This document shows positions 41,712 to 51,320 of a DNA stretch of 64,000 nucleotides, piece by piece. A model generated the notes under the pieces. It saw only the letters and a list, made by a program, of their open reading frames with translations. It was not told where the DNA came from and did not search any database. Every line of letters starts with the position of its first letter. Position 1 is the first letter of the stretch. Origin of the DNA: an uncultured Actinomycetota bacterium (GTDB taxonomy: Bacteria > Actinomycetota > Actinomycetes > Propionibacteriales > Nocardioidaceae); assembly GCA_963795155.1 (NCBI GenBank), contig CAWCGY010000038.1, positions 1,350 through 65,349 on the forward strand, in the 5' to 3' direction. The position numbers and the translations under genes are program-made.

Positions 41712-43837
41712 CAGTCCTCCTGCTCGTGCGCCGGCCGGGCCGGCGGCAAGATCGAACCGTCGTTGCGGAAGTTGGGGAGGTCGGTCGGTGGGCGCACGCC
41801 AGGGATCGCGGCGCGGCCAGGCACGACCCGCTCGCCGTTGATGCCGTAGAGCGACTCCCAGATCGCCCGGATGCCTGGACCGGACGTCCCGGAGCCGGTG
41901 CCGCCCTGGCTCACCATCATCACCACGACGTAATCGTCGGAGTACGACGCGACCCACGACGTCGACTGCTTGCCGTAGACCTCTGCGGACCCGGTCTTCG
42001 ACCGGACCACCACCTCGTCGAGTGGGAAGCCACCCATCCGCCAAGCCATCGTGCCCTGGCGGGTGACGCCCTTGAGCGCCTCGTCGATGTAGCCGATCAC
42101 CCGGTCCGGCACCTTGACCTCGCCCAGCTTCTTGGGCGCGATCCGGCGGATCACCGTGCCGTCCGGCGACACGATCGCCTTGCCGATCCGCGGCGCGTAG
42201 AGCGTGCCGCCATTGGCGATCGCGGCATACCCGCGGGCCAGCTGCAGCGGGGTGACGATCGTGTCGCCTTGCCCGATGGCGAAGTTCACCGCGTCGCCGG
42301 CGCGATAGGCGAAGCCTTCGACGCAGAACTCCCGGGCGAACAGGTAGACGAAGTCACTGGTCTTCGGGCCTTGCGGCTTGTCCGCGATGTCGCAGTAGTA
42401 GCTCTTCTGCGACTTGTAGTAGGCGAGCTTCCACTTCCGGTCCGCGATCCGGCCGGGCGCCTCGCCGGGCAGGTCGATGCCGGTCTCCCGGCCGAAGCCG
42501 AACTCCTTGGCCTCCGCGACCAGCGGATCATTGGCGTCCACGTCGGCGACGTCCGAGCCGAACCGCTGCCAGAAGTCGTAGCCGACGCGGTAGAAGAAGG
42601 TGTTGCACGAGACCTCGAGCGCCTTGGCGAACGTGATGTAGCCGTAGGAACCGGACTCGTAGTTCTTGAAGGCGCGGTTGCCGACCTGCAACGACGAGGA
42701 ACAGTTGAGCTGGGTGTCGGTGCGGTAACCGTTGGTCAGCGCACCGGCGGTCATGAACGGCTTCCAGGTCGAGCCAGGCGCGAACTGGCCCTGGGTCGCT
42801 CGGCCGAGCAGCGGAGTGCCCGCCGCCTCGGAGTAGAGCGTGCTGAGCTGCTTCTTGGTGATGCCGCCTACCCACAGGCCGGGGTCGTACGTCGGCTGGC
42901 TGGCCATCGCGACCACTCGCCCGGTGTTCGCTTCCAGCACGATCGCGGCACCCGAGTCGGCTGCGTAGCGCCGGCCGGTGACGGGATCGACGGTGCCGCG
43001 CGCGACGGCAATGGCGTCGGCGAGCTGTCGCTCGACCACGCTCTGCACCTTGGCGTCGATCGAGGTGACCAGGGTGTCGCCCGGCTGGCTGCCGATCTCA
43101 CTGTCGTCGCCGAGCACCCGCCCCATGGAGTCGACCGCCACGTTGCGGTAGCCGGGCATGCCTCGCAGCCACCCGTCGTACTGCTGCTCGACACCGGCTC
43201 GGCCTACCGTCGAGGAGCCGTTGACCGAGCGATCGCCGGCGCCCTCCGCGTGGTCGAGCTCTCCCTCGGTCACCGGGCTCAGGTAGCCCAGCAGGTGCGC
43301 CGCGTTGATACCGAACGGCTGCGGGTAGGCGCGCACGCTCCGCTGCTCGACCACCACGCCCGGAAAGTCTTCCGGCTGCTCCTCGATCCGGATCGCGATC
43401 GATCGGTCGACGTCCTGGGCGACCGGCACCGGCTGGAAGGGCGAGCCGTTCCAGCACACCCCCGGTTCGCTGTCGTCCTGGCCGCAGGTGACCAGGATCT
43501 TGCCGATCCGCTTCGGGCTCAGGTCAATCTCCTGACCCACCCTTTTGAGCAGCCGCTCGCGCTGCTTGTCGTCCATCCGGTCCAGCACGCCCCGGTCGAG
43601 CGAGACCACCCACGACATCCGGTTGGTGACGAGCGGTCGACCCATGTCATCGACGATGAGGCCGCGCTCGGGTTGCACCACGATCTCTCGCACCGACTGG
43701 GCCGCGGCCTGGGCGGTGTACTGCTCGCCGCTGACCACCTGGAGGTAGTAGAGCCGGGCGAACAGAGTGGCGAAGAGCGCGAACACCATCGTCTGGATCA
43801 CGACCAGCCGGAGTCGACTCCTGGTGGAAGGGCTCAC
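41711..43837 (-). CDS. mrdA: Penicillin-binding protein 2
   Basis: STWK, SCN, KTGS motifs; located in the mre operon. Confidence 0.94.
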   Translation of the reverse strand: MSPSTRSRLRLVVIQTMVFALFATLFARLYYLQVVSGEQYTAQAAAQSVREIVVQPERGLIVDDMGRPLVTNRMSWVVSLDRGVLDRMDDKQRERLLKRVGQEIDLSPKRIGKILVTCGQDDSEPGVCWNGSPFQPVPVAQDVDRSIAIRIEEQPEDFPGVVVEQRSVRAYPQPFGINAAHLLGYLSPVTEGELDHAEGAGDRSVNGSSTVGRAGVEQQYDGWLRGMPGYRNVAVDSMGRVLGDDSEIGSQPGDTLVTSIDAKVQSVVERQLADAIAVARGTVDPVTGRRYAADSGAAIVLEANTGRVVAMASQPTYDPGLWVGGITKKQLSTLYSEAAGTPLLGRATQGQFAPGSTWKPFMTAGALTNGYRTDTQLNCSSSLQVGNRAFKNYESGSYGYITFAKALEVSCNTFFYRVGYDFWQRFGSDVADVDANDPLVAEAKEFGFGRETGIDLPGEAPGRIADRKWKLAYYKSQKSYYCDIADKPQGPKTSDFVYLFAREFCVEGFAYRAGDAVNFAIGQGDTIVTPLQLARGYAAIANGGTLYAPRIGKAIVSPDGTVIRRIAPKKLGEVKVPDRVIGYIDEALKGVTRQGTMAWRMGGFPLDEVVVRSKTGSAEVYGKQSTSWVASYSDDYVVVMMVSQGGTGSGTSGPGIRAIWESLYGINGERVVPGRAAIPGVRPPTDLPNFRNDGSILPPARPAHEQED

Positions 43838-44355
43838 GTCGCGTGCTCGGGTTCGAGGCGAGCGAACATCGCCATCACCACGGGCAGCACGAGAGGCGTC
43901 AACACGATGTCCCACAGCACCGCGACCACGATCACCTGGAGCAGGTCGGGCACGGCGAGCGCGGGGTCGCGCAGAACCACACCCGAGAGGGCGAAGACCG
44001 AGGTGCCGAGGAACGACGCAGCTCCTACCGTGGCGACCACGACCAGCGCGGTCGGCTTGGCGTGGAGACGGGTGTCCTGGGCGACTCGACCGGCGACATA
44101 GCCCACGAGCAGGAGAGCCAGTGCCCAGCGACCGGCCACGTGGTCGGCGGGCGGCACCAGGTCGAGCAGCACCCCGCCCGCGAAGCCGAGCACCATGCCG
44201 AACTCCGCTCCTCGCACCAGCGCCGCGCCGACCACGACGAGCAGCACGAGGTTGGGCACCACTCCGTGCCACGAGAAGTGCGAGAACACCGACACCTGGA
44301 GCACCAGGGCCAACGACACCGCCACCGCAGCGGCACTCACGCGGACCGACGTCAT
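43834..44355 (-). CDS. mreD: MreD
   Basis: Hydrophobic; PNLVLL, GF.GG.LLD; position in operon. Confidence 0.9.
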   Translation of the reverse strand: MTSVRVSAAAVAVSLALVLQVSVFSHFSWHGVVPNLVLLVVVGAALVRGAEFGMVLGFAGGVLLDLVPPADHVAGRWALALLLVGYVAGRVAQDTRLHAKPTALVVVATVGAASFLGTSVFALSGVVLRDPALAVPDLLQVIVVAVLWDIVLTPLVLPVVMAMFARLEPEHAT

Positions 44356-45275
44356 CGCAGGCTCCCGTCGGCCTCGATCAGGGCGCGGTCGCTGGAGGTG
44401 CCGGACGGCACCACGACCCCGACCACGTCGAGCGCCCCGAAGTCCACGAACGGCTGGATCTCGGCGCGCTGTGTCTGGTCGCGCAGACTCGTGAAGACCT
44501 TGGTGACCAGGCCGATCGGCACGCCGGTGACGTAGGGCGCGCCACCCTCGCTGCCCCAGGTGACCACCGTCTCGTGCTTGGCGGGTACGACGTGCTCGTC
44601 GACCAGTTCGAGGTCCAGCCTCCCCTGGTCGCCGATCGCTCCGCGCCCGCGAAGGAAGCCCACCTCCATGCTCTCGCCGACCCGGCCGCCGACGGTAGAG
44701 TTCGGGTCGATGATCAGCAGCACGGTCGCTGTGGTCCGGGTGACCCGCAGCACCCGACCGACTAGGCCGTCGTCGTTGAGCACGGTCAGGTCCGGCACCA
44801 GCCCGGCGTCGGACCCGGCGTCGATGGTCACAGTGCTCGAGAACGACTGCGAGGGACCCAGCCCTACTACTCGCGCCGGCACGAGGGCATGGCCAAGGGT
44901 TCCGGCCGCTGCAGTCAGGCCCTCGAACTCGGCCAGGCGGTTCCGGTTGAAGTCCGATGTCCGGACCTTCGAGCGCAGCTCGGCATTCTCGGCCTCGAGT
45001 TCACCGACCTGGTCGCGCAGTGAGTCGCGGCTCTGGACCCAGTCAGGGACCGCCGTGATCGGCCGGACCACGACGGACGCGGCGGTCTCCGCCGGTCCGA
45101 ACAGCTCGCCGAGCCCGCGTCGAGCCGGTTCGAGCGCGGAGTCGGTGCTGTCGTTGAGGTCGAGCGTGATCAGGGTGACGCAGGCCAGCACGAGGGCGAT
45201 GACAAGTGCGCGCGGCGGCTCGCCGCGTCCGCGCTGCGCCCCGCTGGACGTCCAGCGCCGCTCGCGCCGCTCCAT
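44352..45275 (-). CDS. mreC: MreC
   Basis: TM helix, coiled coil, IDAG..., GLVGRV, GVPIG. Confidence 0.92.
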   Translation of the reverse strand: MERRERRWTSSGAQRGRGEPPRALVIALVLACVTLITLDLNDSTDSALEPARRGLGELFGPAETAASVVVRPITAVPDWVQSRDSLRDQVGELEAENAELRSKVRTSDFNRNRLAEFEGLTAAAGTLGHALVPARVVGLGPSQSFSSTVTIDAGSDAGLVPDLTVLNDDGLVGRVLRVTRTTATVLLIIDPNSTVGGRVGESMEVGFLRGRGAIGDQGRLDLELVDEHVVPAKHETVVTWGSEGGAPYVTGVPIGLVTKVFTSLRDQTQRAEIQPFVDFGALDVVGVVVPSGTSSDRALIEADGSLR

Positions 45276-46303
45276 CAGAAGCGCCTCTTGTCGGAGACCA
45301 GCACCTGCTGCAGCGCTTCGAACTCCTCCACACACCGGCCGGCACCGATGGCCACCGATAGCAGCGGGTCGTCGGCAACGTGCACCGGCATGCCGGTCTC
45401 GTGACGCAGCCGTTCGTCGAGCCCGCGCAGGAGTGCACCGCCGCCGGTGAGCACGATGCCGCGATCCATGATGTCGCCGGCCAGCTCGGGCGGGGTCTGG
45501 TCCAACGTGGAACGGACGGCGTCGATCACCGCGTGCAGCGGCTCCTCGATCGCCTGACGGATCTCGGCGCTGGAGATGCCCACCGTCCGCGGCAGCCCGG
45601 AGACCAGGTCGCGCCCGCGGATCTGGGCCTCCGGCTCGTGCGCCATCGGGAAGGCGGACCCGAGGGTCATCTTGACCTCTTCGGCCGTTCCCTCCCCCAG
45701 CATCAGGGCGTGTTCCTTCTTCATCCACGCCACGATTGCCTGGTCGATCTCATCGCCGGCTGTGCGCACGGACAGCGACGTCACGATGCCGCCCAAGGAG
45801 ATGACGGCCACCTCGGTCGTGCCACCACCCACGTCGACGACCATGTTGCCGGTTGCCTGGTGCACGGGCAGCCCCGCACCGATGGCCGCCGCCATCGGCT
45901 CCTCCACGATGTAGACCCGTCGAGCGCCCGCCTGGTAGCCGGCCTCCTTCACCGCGCGCTGCTCCACCGGCGTGATGCCGCTCGGCACGCAGATCACCAT
46001 CCGAGGCTTGGCGAAGTAGCGGCGTCGATGCACGCGCTGGATGAAGTAGCGCAACATCTGCTCGGTGGCATCGAAGTCCGCGATCACGCCGTCCTTGAGC
46101 GGGCGGATCGCACTGATGTTGTCCGGGGTTCGCCCGATCATTCTCTTGGCGTCGTGGCCGACCGCCAGGATCTCGCCCGTCGTGTCGTTGAGGGCCACCA
46201 CGCTGGGCTCGTCGAGCAGCACGCCCTTGCCTCGCACGTACACCAACGTGTTGGCCGTGCCGAGGTCCACAGCCATGTCACGACCGATGAAGCTGTTCGC
46301 CAT
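45275..46303 (-). CDS. mreB: MreB
   Basis: DLGTAN, DVGGGTTE, LTGGGALL. Confidence 0.97.
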   Translation of the reverse strand: MANSFIGRDMAVDLGTANTLVYVRGKGVLLDEPSVVALNDTTGEILAVGHDAKRMIGRTPDNISAIRPLKDGVIADFDATEQMLRYFIQRVHRRRYFAKPRMVICVPSGITPVEQRAVKEAGYQAGARRVYIVEEPMAAAIGAGLPVHQATGNMVVDVGGGTTEVAVISLGGIVTSLSVRTAGDEIDQAIVAWMKKEHALMLGEGTAEEVKMTLGSAFPMAHEPEAQIRGRDLVSGLPRTVGISSAEIRQAIEEPLHAVIDAVRSTLDQTPPELAGDIMDRGIVLTGGGALLRGLDERLRHETGMPVHVADDPLLSVAIGAGRCVEEFEALQQVLVSDKRRF

Positions 46304-46474
46304 GCGCGCATGCCTCGCAAGCTCGTCCGCGCGCCGGGGAAGGGCCTTGCATACGGCGCGCGCACGCTCCCGCCGTACCGCTGCGAGCGTAGGATTCCGC
46401 GGCCTGAGATCGGCGCAGGCACGCCGAGAGACCAGGCGGCCGCTACTCGGGGGTCGGCACCAAGATCGGCTGAG

Positions 46475-46882
46475 CTACAGGCCGGGGAACCAGATCGCGA
46501 TCTCGCGCTCGGCTGACTCCTCGGAGTCGGAGCCGTGCACGAGGTTCTCGCGATTGGACAGGGACAAGTCGCCACGGATGGTGCCGGGCGCGGCCTTGCG
46601 GCCGTCGGTGGCGCCGTTGAGCAGGCGCACCACCTCGATCGCCTCGTCGCCTTCGAGTACCAGCGCCACCAGCGGCCCACTGGTCACGAAGGTGCGCAGC
46701 GGTGGGTAGAAGTCACGCTCGACGTGCTCGGCGTAGTGCTGGTCGGCCAGGTCACCGTCAATGCTGCGGTGCTCCATCGCGACAATGGTCAGGCCCTTGG
46801 CCTCGAACCGGGAGAGCACCTCACCCACCAGCCCGCGGCGCACGGTGTCGGGCTTCAGCAGGACCAGGCTGCGTTGCGTCAT
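46475..46882 (-). CDS. ndk: Nucleoside diphosphate kinase
   Basis: LKPD, PGTIRGD, NLVHGSDS. Confidence 0.97.
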   Translation of the reverse strand: MTQRSLVLLKPDTVRRGLVGEVLSRFEAKGLTIVAMEHRSIDGDLADQHYAEHVERDFYPPLRTFVTSGPLVALVLEGDEAIEVVRLLNGATDGRKAAPGTIRGDLSLSNRENLVHGSDSEESAEREIAIWFPGL

Positions 46883-46891
46883 GCCCAGACC

Positions 46892-47584
46892 CTATCGAGC
46901 AAGATCCGCGGCTCTGTTGGCGACATCCTCCGGCACCGCGCCAGGTGATTCCTGGTCCGCGACCGGCGGCTCCGCGACCCGACGGATAGGGATCACGCCA
47001 CCCCAGACGCCGGCATCTACGTCTTCGGGCTCGTCGACCGGTCCGTCGGTTCGGATCTTCATCGAGGCCTCGCGCAGCGGCACGGCCACCACCGAGGTGG
47101 CCGCCAGCTCCTTGCGGGTGTGCGCACGCAGAGTCGCGGACCGCCCGGGGATCATGTGGTCGACCGTCAGATCCAGGGCGCGCAGACGCTCCTCAGGATC
47201 CTTCACGACGCGCGCCGTTCCGATCACAACTGCCGAGCGATAGTTCATGGAGTGGTGGAATGCCGAACGTGCCGCCACCAGCCCGTCGACCTCGGTGATC
47301 GTCACGCAGACGGTGTTGTCGTCGGTCCGCCGCAGCCACCCGGCTCCCACCGAGCCGTGCACGTAGAGCGTCCCCCCGGCGTCGGGACCCTCGAGGTCGA
47401 CCGCGAACGCCACCGGCACCACGATGGGGTGCCCGTCGATCACCAAGCCGAGGTGCGCGATCAAGGCGTCGTCGAACAAGCGGTGCAGTGCTTCGCGGTT
47501 GTCGACGGCACGGTTCTTGCCCCGGGTAACGGTGGTTCGCGGGGTCGGCGACAGCGGCGGCAGAGGGATCGAGGAGGCGGTCAC
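46892..47584 (-). CDS. Pyridoxamine 5'-phosphate oxidase-like flavin-binding protein
   Basis: LYVHGS, ARSAFHHSMNYRS. Confidence 0.88.
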   Translation of the reverse strand: MTASSIPLPPLSPTPRTTVTRGKNRAVDNREALHRLFDDALIAHLGLVIDGHPIVVPVAFAVDLEGPDAGGTLYVHGSVGAGWLRRTDDNTVCVTITEVDGLVAARSAFHHSMNYRSAVVIGTARVVKDPEERLRALDLTVDHMIPGRSATLRAHTRKELAATSVVAVPLREASMKIRTDGPVDEPEDVDAGVWGGVIPIRRVAEPPVADQESPGAVPEDVANRAADLAR

Positions 47585-47630
47585 TGGTCTATCGTGACCG
47601 ACAAGTGGCAGGTGCGCACGGGCCACATTT
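47583..47630. promoter_or_regulatory. Putative MocR/PdxR-type operator
   Basis: CTGGTCTA, AAGTGGC and inverted GGCCACATTT between the divergent genes. Confidence 0.45.
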
Positions 47631-47651
47631 CATCTATTTCGACAGGACACT

Positions 47652-49013
47652 ATGGCACTGCTCCCCCTAGCGCTACGGCTCGACCGCGAGGCCGACGTTC
47701 CCCTGCGCACCCAGCTGGCCGACCAGATCCGCATGATCGTCACCGCAGGTGCCGCCACGGTAGGCGACCGGCTCCCGAGCAGCCGCGCACTGGCCGCCGA
47801 CCTCGGGATCTCGCGAGCCCTGGCGGAGCAGGCCTACGACCAGCTCGTCGCGGAGGGCTGGCTCGAGGGCCGGCACGGCAGCGGCACCTTCGTCGCCACC
47901 AGCGGGTCGCAGCGGCCCATCCGGGTCCAGCACGCGGCCCGGCAGCAGGGCCCGGTCGCTATCCGGCTCGACACCGGCACGCCTTGGATCGATCCGCGAC
48001 ACGCAGCGGCCTGGCGACGGGCCTGGCGCGACGTCGCCGGGGCAACACCCCCGCGCGGCTACGACGACCCGCGCGGGCTGCCCGAGCTCCGGGCCGAGCT
48101 GGCGTCCTACCTCACCCGCGCTCGCGGTCTTTCCGCTGATCCCGCAGAGATCGTCGTGACGGCGGGGACCGTGGACGGGCTGCGCCACCTGCTGGCAGCA
48201 CTCCCCGACGGACCGGTCGGCCTCGAGGATCCCGGCTATCGAGCAGCCGCCGAGACAATTCGCAGGAGCGGCCGCGAGGTCCGCGACCTGCCGGCGCTCG
48301 GTCCACACACCGACCTCCGGGGCACCGCCGCCGCCTACGTCACTCCCGCCCATCAACATCCGCTGGGCCCGGTCATGTCCGGTCCTGACCGGCTGACGTT
48401 GCTGGCCTCCGCCCGAGCCGCGCGAACCCTGGTCATCGAGGACGACTACGACTCCGAATTTCGCTACGACGTGGCTCCGGTGCCAGCCCTCGCCAGTCTC
48501 GACCGCGAACGGGTGGCCTACCTCGGCACCGCCAGCAAGTCCGTGCTCCCGAGCCTGCGGCTGGGCTGGCTGGTGCCACCGGCCGCACTGCTGGATCCGG
48601 TCAACCGGAGCCGTGAGGCGACACACGACGCGGTGTCGTGGCCGGTCCAACGAGCCTTCCTGTCCCTGCTGCGCGACGGCTACGTGGACCGAGTCGTTCG
48701 GTCGGCCCGTCGGGTGTACGCCGCCCGGGCCCCGCGGGTGGCTGCCGCCCTGGCGCCGTACGGCGACATCGTCGGACCGGTGGCCGGGATGTACGCCACG
48801 GTGCTGATGCCCGTCGACCGCGCCATGCGGGCACACCGGGTCGCGCTCGAGGCTGGCTTCGACGTGCCGTTGCTCGCCGACTACTGCCGCACCGAGGTGC
48901 TCGGCGGGCTCATCGTGGGGTTCGGCGGCTGCACCGATGACGAGCTGGACCGCGCGCTGGCCGTACTGGTCGCGGCGCTGGCAGATGACCGGGCCGATGA
49001 CCGGGCCGAATGA
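47652..49013 (+). CDS. MocR (GntR-aminotransferase) transcriptional regulator
   Basis: LPSSRALA HTH; TPAHQHP, IEDDYDSEF, TASKS, LRLGW. Confidence 0.93.
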   Translation: MALLPLALRLDREADVPLRTQLADQIRMIVTAGAATVGDRLPSSRALAADLGISRALAEQAYDQLVAEGWLEGRHGSGTFVATSGSQRPIRVQHAARQQGPVAIRLDTGTPWIDPRHAAAWRRAWRDVAGATPPRGYDDPRGLPELRAELASYLTRARGLSADPAEIVVTAGTVDGLRHLLAALPDGPVGLEDPGYRAAAETIRRSGREVRDLPALGPHTDLRGTAAAYVTPAHQHPLGPVMSGPDRLTLLASARAARTLVIEDDYDSEFRYDVAPVPALASLDRERVAYLGTASKSVLPSLRLGWLVPPAALLDPVNRSREATHDAVSWPVQRAFLSLLRDGYVDRVVRSARRVYAARAPRVAAALAPYGDIVGPVAGMYATVLMPVDRAMRAHRVALEAGFDVPLLADYCRTEVLGGLIVGFGGCTDDELDRALAVLVAALADDRADDRAE

Positions 49014-49023
49014 TGGAGCCTGA

Positions 49024-49395
49024 TCAAGCGGTTTCTGTGCCGAGGGCGGCAGACGCCGCCTCGCGCTCGCGTTCGATCTTCCGGCCCAGGAAGTACGCTG
49101 TCCCCCACAGCACGGCGAAGATCGGTCCGAGCACGAACATGATCGTCACGACCAGACCCAGCGCGACTGCCCAGAGCTGGATCACCCAGCCCAGGACGTA
49201 GCCCCACTCGCGGCGGAGCAGGCCGGCCACCACGAGGCACGCGACCATCAATCCGATCCCCACCGCCAGCGCGGCTTTGGCGGGCACGTCGGCGATGGTG
49301 ATCATCACCGGTGTGGTCAGCCCGAGGGTCACCGCCTCGAGCGCCAGCACCGCAGCACACATGCCGCGGCGCGGGGACCGCGGTGGCGTGCTCAC
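49024..49395 (-). CDS. DUF4233 membrane protein
   Basis: Small 4-TM protein directly after folC. Confidence 0.8.
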   Translation of the reverse strand: MSTPPRSPRRGMCAAVLALEAVTLGLTTPVMITIADVPAKAALAVGIGLMVACLVVAGLLRREWGYVLGWVIQLWAVALGLVVTIMFVLGPIFAVLWGTAYFLGRKIEREREAASAALGTETA

Positions 49396-50765
49396 GAGCG
49401 GCCCTTCAACAGCGAACGAGCCTCGCCGACCGTGACGACCGAGCCGGTAACCAGCACAGCACCGGATCCGAGCGGGTCGCCGAAGGCCTCCCCTGCCTCC
49501 GCCAAGGCAGCCGCCTGGTCGATCGCGTCCGAGAGCCGCGGCACGACCGTCACCCGGTCCTCTCCGTAGATCTCGATCGCCGTGACGGCGAGCTGCTCAG
49601 CCGGTCGCGCCCGAGGCGTGGAGTTCTGGGTGCAGATGACGTGGGCGAGGTGAGGCTCGAAGGCGGCCAGCACACCTTCGTCGTCCTTGTCGGCCATCAC
49701 CCCCACCACGCCGATGAGGGGAGAGAACTGGAAGGAGTCGTCGAGGGCCGCGGCGACCGCCTGGGCGCCGTGCGGGTTGTGCGCCGCGTCGAGCACGATC
49801 GTCGGACTGCGGCGGATGATCTCGAGCCGGCCTGGGGAGGTCACGCTCGCGAACGCCTCGCGGACCAGGGCATCGTCGAGCGGTTGGTCGCCCGCGAAGG
49901 CCTCAACGGCCGCCAACGCAACGGCGGCGTTCTGGGCCTGGTGGGCGCCGTAGAGCGGAAGGAAGACCTCGTCATAGGACTGTCGCAGGCCCTGCAGGGT
50001 CAGCACCTGACCGCCGACGGCCGGGGCGCGTGAGGTGACTGCGAACTCCACTCCCTCCCGGGCCACCGTGGCGCCGACCTCCTTGACCCGGGCGAGGAGC
50101 ACCGCCGCGGTCTCGCGGTTCTGCTCCGCGAGGACGGCGAACGAACCCGGTTTGATGATGCCGGCCTTCTCCACAGCAATCTCCTCGGGCGTGCTGCCGA
50201 GATACTGCGCGTGGTCGACCGCGATCGGCAGCACGGCTGCCACTGCGGCATCGAGGACGTTGGTGGCATCCCAGGTCCCGCCCATCCCGACCTCCACCAC
50301 GGCCACGTCGACCGGGGCGTCGGCGAATGCGGCGTACGCCATCGCGACGATCGTCTCGAAGAACGACAGCGGGTACGGCTCCGAGGCGTCGACGAGGTGG
50401 GTGTAGGGCGCGATGTCGTTGAAGGCGCGCACGAACTCCTCATCGCTCAGTGGCTCTCCGTCGATGCAGATCCGCTCGCTCATCCGCTCGACGTGAGGCG
50501 AGGTGAAGCGGCCGGTGCGCAGGTCCAGGGTGCGCAGCAACGTGTCGATCATCCGTGACGTCGAGGTCTTGCCGTTGGTGCCAGTCAGGTGGATCGCGGG
50601 ATAGCCGCGCTGCGGGTCGCCGAGCAGCGCCATGAAGGCCAGGATCCGGTCCAGCGACGGCTCCAGCCGGGTCTCGGGCCAGCGGGACAGCAGGGCGTCC
50701 TCGACCTCGGCATAGGTCTGCGCCAGTCGAGGGGCGACGCTGGGGTCGGTCGAGGGCTCGCTCAT
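49392..50765 (-). CDS. folC: Folylpolyglutamate synthase/dihydrofolate synthase
   Basis: TGTNGKTS, EVGMGG.WDATN, DAAHNP. Confidence 0.95.
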   Translation of the reverse strand: MSEPSTDPSVAPRLAQTYAEVEDALLSRWPETRLEPSLDRILAFMALLGDPQRGYPAIHLTGTNGKTSTSRMIDTLLRTLDLRTGRFTSPHVERMSERICIDGEPLSDEEFVRAFNDIAPYTHLVDASEPYPLSFFETIVAMAYAAFADAPVDVAVVEVGMGGTWDATNVLDAAVAAVLPIAVDHAQYLGSTPEEIAVEKAGIIKPGSFAVLAEQNRETAAVLLARVKEVGATVAREGVEFAVTSRAPAVGGQVLTLQGLRQSYDEVFLPLYGAHQAQNAAVALAAVEAFAGDQPLDDALVREAFASVTSPGRLEIIRRSPTIVLDAAHNPHGAQAVAAALDDSFQFSPLIGVVGVMADKDDEGVLAAFEPHLAHVICTQNSTPRARPAEQLAVTAIEIYGEDRVTVVPRLSDAIDQAAALAEAGEAFGDPLGSGAVLVTGSVVTVGEARSLLKGRS

Positions 50766-50821
50766 GTTGACGTGAGTCTAGGTGGCCCGGGGCCGCGCGC
50801 AGCGACCCGGGACGGCCGGAA

Positions 50822-50835
50822 TGGAACACGTTCTA
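50822..50835. promoter_or_regulatory. KstR-type operator overlapping a putative -10 of a leaderless gene
   Basis: TGGAACACGTTCTA fits TnnAACnnGTTnnA; TAGAGT at 50834-50839; ATG at 50847. Confidence 0.6.
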
Positions 50836-50846
50836 GAGTGGGCGCC

Positions 50847-51320
50847 ATGACCTCCCTGAACCATCGCTTCGACGCCCTGCGCGCTGCGCAGCCAGCGGAC
50901 ACCGACGACCTGGACGCCCTGTGGGCGGATCTCACTCCGGTCACCGTCCAGGAGATCCTCGGCCCTTGGCGCGGCGGCGACTTCACCACCGGCCACATCG
51001 CCAGCACGGTGCTCGAACGGGCGCGTTGGCACGGCAAGACATTCGTCTCCGCCCTCGACGCCAAGCCGCTGATCTGTCGCGACGACGAGGGCGAGCTCTA
51101 CTCCAACCTGAAGGCAGGAGGGGGCGGCGAAGCCTCGCTGTGGCCGGTGGAGTTCCGGGGCGAGACGACGGCGACGATGGTCTACGACCGGATGCCCGTC
51201 TTCGACCACTTCAAGAAGGTCGACGACGCGACCTTGATGGGCATCATGAACGGCAAGCTCCAAGCTGCCTTCGGGGTCAGCGACCTCTACTACTTCTGGC
51301 TCGAGAGGGACGATCGATGA
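50847..51320 (+). CDS. GXWXG/DUF4334 domain protein
   Basis: GPWRG, WHGK.F, TATMVYD..P.FDHF. Confidence 0.85.
   Translation: MTSLNHRFDALRAAQPADTDDLDALWADLTPVTVQEILGPWRGGDFTTGHIASTVLERARWHGKTFVSALDAKPLICRDDEGELYSNLKAGGGGEASLWPVEFRGETTATMVYDRMPVFDHFKKVDDATLMGIMNGKLQAAFGVSDLYYFWLERDDR

Noticed and set aside
50822-50835. LexA/SOS box
   Set aside because: The GAAC-GTTC spacer is 2 nt, not the 4 nt of the actinobacterial SOS box; it fits KstR better.
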